A stretch of DNA of 62,758 bases, the filler included, from Deltaproteobacteria bacterium (lineage in GTDB: Bacteria; JAUYMQ01), in the NCBI GenBank assembly GCA_030698575.1. It is 10 parts of 10 records of this genome, joined end to end, with 100 filler letters (N's around TTAATTAATTAA, not from the genome) between each part and the next. Parts side by side here need not be neighbours in the genome. Positions count along the whole stretch, not along the records: positions 56,187 to 62,758 come from JAUYMQ010000364.1; 9 more parts are not named here. One strand, given 5' to 3'. This document shows, piece by piece, positions 61,238 through 62,758 of this stretch. Each line of letters opens with the position of its first letter. Position 1 is the stretch's first letter. Both the position numbers and the translations under genes were made by a program. The notes under the pieces were generated by a model. That model was given only the letters and a program-made list of their open reading frames with translations, did no database searches and was not told the origin of the DNA.

Positions 61238-62647
61238 TCAGAGGCAGAGCCGCTCGATCATCCTCGTGTAGAAGGCGATGGCCTTCTCGCATTCGCTGAG
61301 AAGGTTGTGCTCGTTCGCGCGATGCACGTTCCCCACGGATTCGCCCGGCCCGAACACGATCGAGTCGATTCCCATCTGTGAATAGATCGCCGCCTCGGTG
61401 CAGGTTGCCTTCGTGTCCGCCTCGGCGGGAAGCCCGATTTCCGCGAGCACCTCCTGGGCCGTCCCCAGGAGCTGGCCATCGCGGGCGTCGCGCATGGGCG
61501 GGTTCGACCGGAGGTTGTGAATCTGGATGATGCCGTCGGGATGGGCGTTGGAAAGCTGATCCTCGAGTCGGGCGACGGCTTCCGCCACTTCGTCCATCGG
61601 AAGCCCCGGCACCGGGCGAACCTCGAAATTGAGGCGGACGATCCCCTCGACCGTTTCGATCCGGCCGACGTTCATGGTCGTCATCGGGGGATCGAACCCC
61701 TCCTCCTTGAATTCCGCCAGTCGTCCCTCGAGTTCCCGCAGCGCTTCCAGAACACCCTGGAGAACCGGCACCCCGCCCAGCGCCCGGCCCGCGCAGGGCC
61801 CCCGCTGTTCTATGCGGGCGCCCGCGGCAATGGCCTCGCTGGCGACGGTCTCGTCGCTGGCGAGCACGAGCGAGCAGCGGTTCGGAACGACGTTCGTGGC
61901 TGTTCCCCCGTGGATCCCGAAGACGCGGAGAGGATGGCCCCGCCGGAGAAGATCGGAGACGAGTTCGAGGGCCGTGAGAATGGCGTTCGCTCCGAGCGAG
62001 GGGGTGCTCGCATGCGCCGCCGTGCCGGGGAACACGACCTCGATCATCTCGATGCGCTCCTCGGGCGCGGGCGTGCCCGAGGCCGGGTCGATCCGGATCT
62101 CCCAGACGGCGAGCCCCTTGTGTGCGCGGATGGGACGCAGATGGGAGGGCTCGCCCACCAGTGCGTGGGCGAACTGGAAGTAGCCTCCTTCGACCAGCGC
62201 TTGCGCGCCCCGAAGCCCCACCTCCTCGCCATGGGTGCCCACGAGCGCCACCCGGTGCCGGAAGGGAACGCCGCGGAACTCCTCGAGCGCCTTCAGCTTG
62301 CAGAGAAAGTCGAGCTTGGCGTCGGCGCTGCCGAGGCCGTAGATTCGATCCCCGTCGACCGTTGCGCGGAACGGTTCGCCGCCGCAGGAAGTCCAGGCAG
62401 CCGGATCGCCCGGTGGAACCGTGTCAAGGTGGGTGTTCAGCAGAAGATCGTCGCGCGACTTGCTCCCCTTCTCGGCGATCAGGTTGACCTGCTGCACGCC
62501 GCGGAAAGCGGCCTCCTCGAGGCGCACCGTGAGGTCCGTTGGCGCGATGAGCCCGGCCAGATGCCGCGCGATTTCACCGGTCCCGTGCTCGCTGACCGAG
62601 ATGATGCCGATGATCCGGCGCGCCTCTTCCAGAAAATCGAATCCCAT
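61238..62647 (-). CDS. M20 metallo-amidohydrolase (ArgE/DapE-like)
   Basis: HLDTV, GLGSADAK, GEEVG, GEPS, AHAS.P..G.NAI, H.ANE; enlarged dimerisation region. Confidence 0.88.
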   Translation of the reverse strand: MGFDFLEEARRIIGIISVSEHGTGEIARHLAGLIAPTDLTVRLEEAAFRGVQQVNLIAEKGSKSRDDLLLNTHLDTVPPGDPAAWTSCGGEPFRATVDGDRIYGLGSADAKLDFLCKLKALEEFRGVPFRHRVALVGTHGEEVGLRGAQALVEGGYFQFAHALVGEPSHLRPIRAHKGLAVWEIRIDPASGTPAPEERIEMIEVVFPGTAAHASTPSLGANAILTALELVSDLLRRGHPLRVFGIHGGTATNVVPNRCSLVLASDETVASEAIAAGARIEQRGPCAGRALGGVPVLQGVLEALRELEGRLAEFKEEGFDPPMTTMNVGRIETVEGIVRLNFEVRPVPGLPMDEVAEAVARLEDQLSNAHPDGIIQIHNLRSNPPMRDARDGQLLGTAQEVLAEIGLPAEADTKATCTEAAIYSQMGIDSIVFGPGESVGNVHRANEHNLLSECEKAIAFYTRMIERLCL

Positions 62648-62758
62648 AGCCCTCTCCAGAAAGGGGCTCGCGGGCGAGAAGGGCCCCGGCTTGGCCTATC
62701 GTCGGGTTTGCCCGGATTCTTGACCGGAGGCGCCGTCGCGGGGGGCGTGATAAGTTGG

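Overview
This window is not contiguous DNA. It is ten assembly contigs joined by 100-nt N linkers carrying TTAATTAATTAA (stops in all six frames), so synteny holds only within a contig. The genes point to a GC-rich Deltaproteobacteria/Myxococcota-like organism (recR-mglB-mglA, folP-dacA-cdaR-glmM, Qrc/ACIII-like cytochromes). Contig 1 (1-14731): core operon tilS-ftsH-folP-dacA-cdaR-glmM-pdxJ-acpS-nnr-tsaE, tRNA-Met, and the edge of an integrative element (tyrosine integrase, HEPN-like cargo between two diverged copies of a small gene, DUF5678-like + retropepsin-like pair). Contig 2: surface-glycan genes. Contig 3: mnmA-mtaB-rnc-era and type I hsdM. Contig 4: Slt, acyl-CoA synthetase, Tat partner + GMC oxidoreductase, nucleotidyltransferase-TPM-sirtuin-PfkB, PDZ-less HtrA. 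Contig 5: glycogen genes, collapsed ClC, YihY. Contig 6: alkyl-DHAP-synthase-like gene, a second Tat partner + GMC pair, treT-like, hflKC. Contig 7: cytochromes c and a molybdopterin-family subunit. Contig 8: RNase HI, Zn-ribbon protein, tRNA-Ile2, mglBA. Contig 9: phage packaging fragment (EndoVII-type HNH, candidate pseudoknotted RNA, terminase with an Arg-starting class-3 intein). Contig 10: variant arginine succinyltransferase operon in which AstB and AstE appear to be replaced by an ArgZ-type dihydrolase and an M20 amidohydrolase. All calls come from reading motifs by eye; no searches were run.
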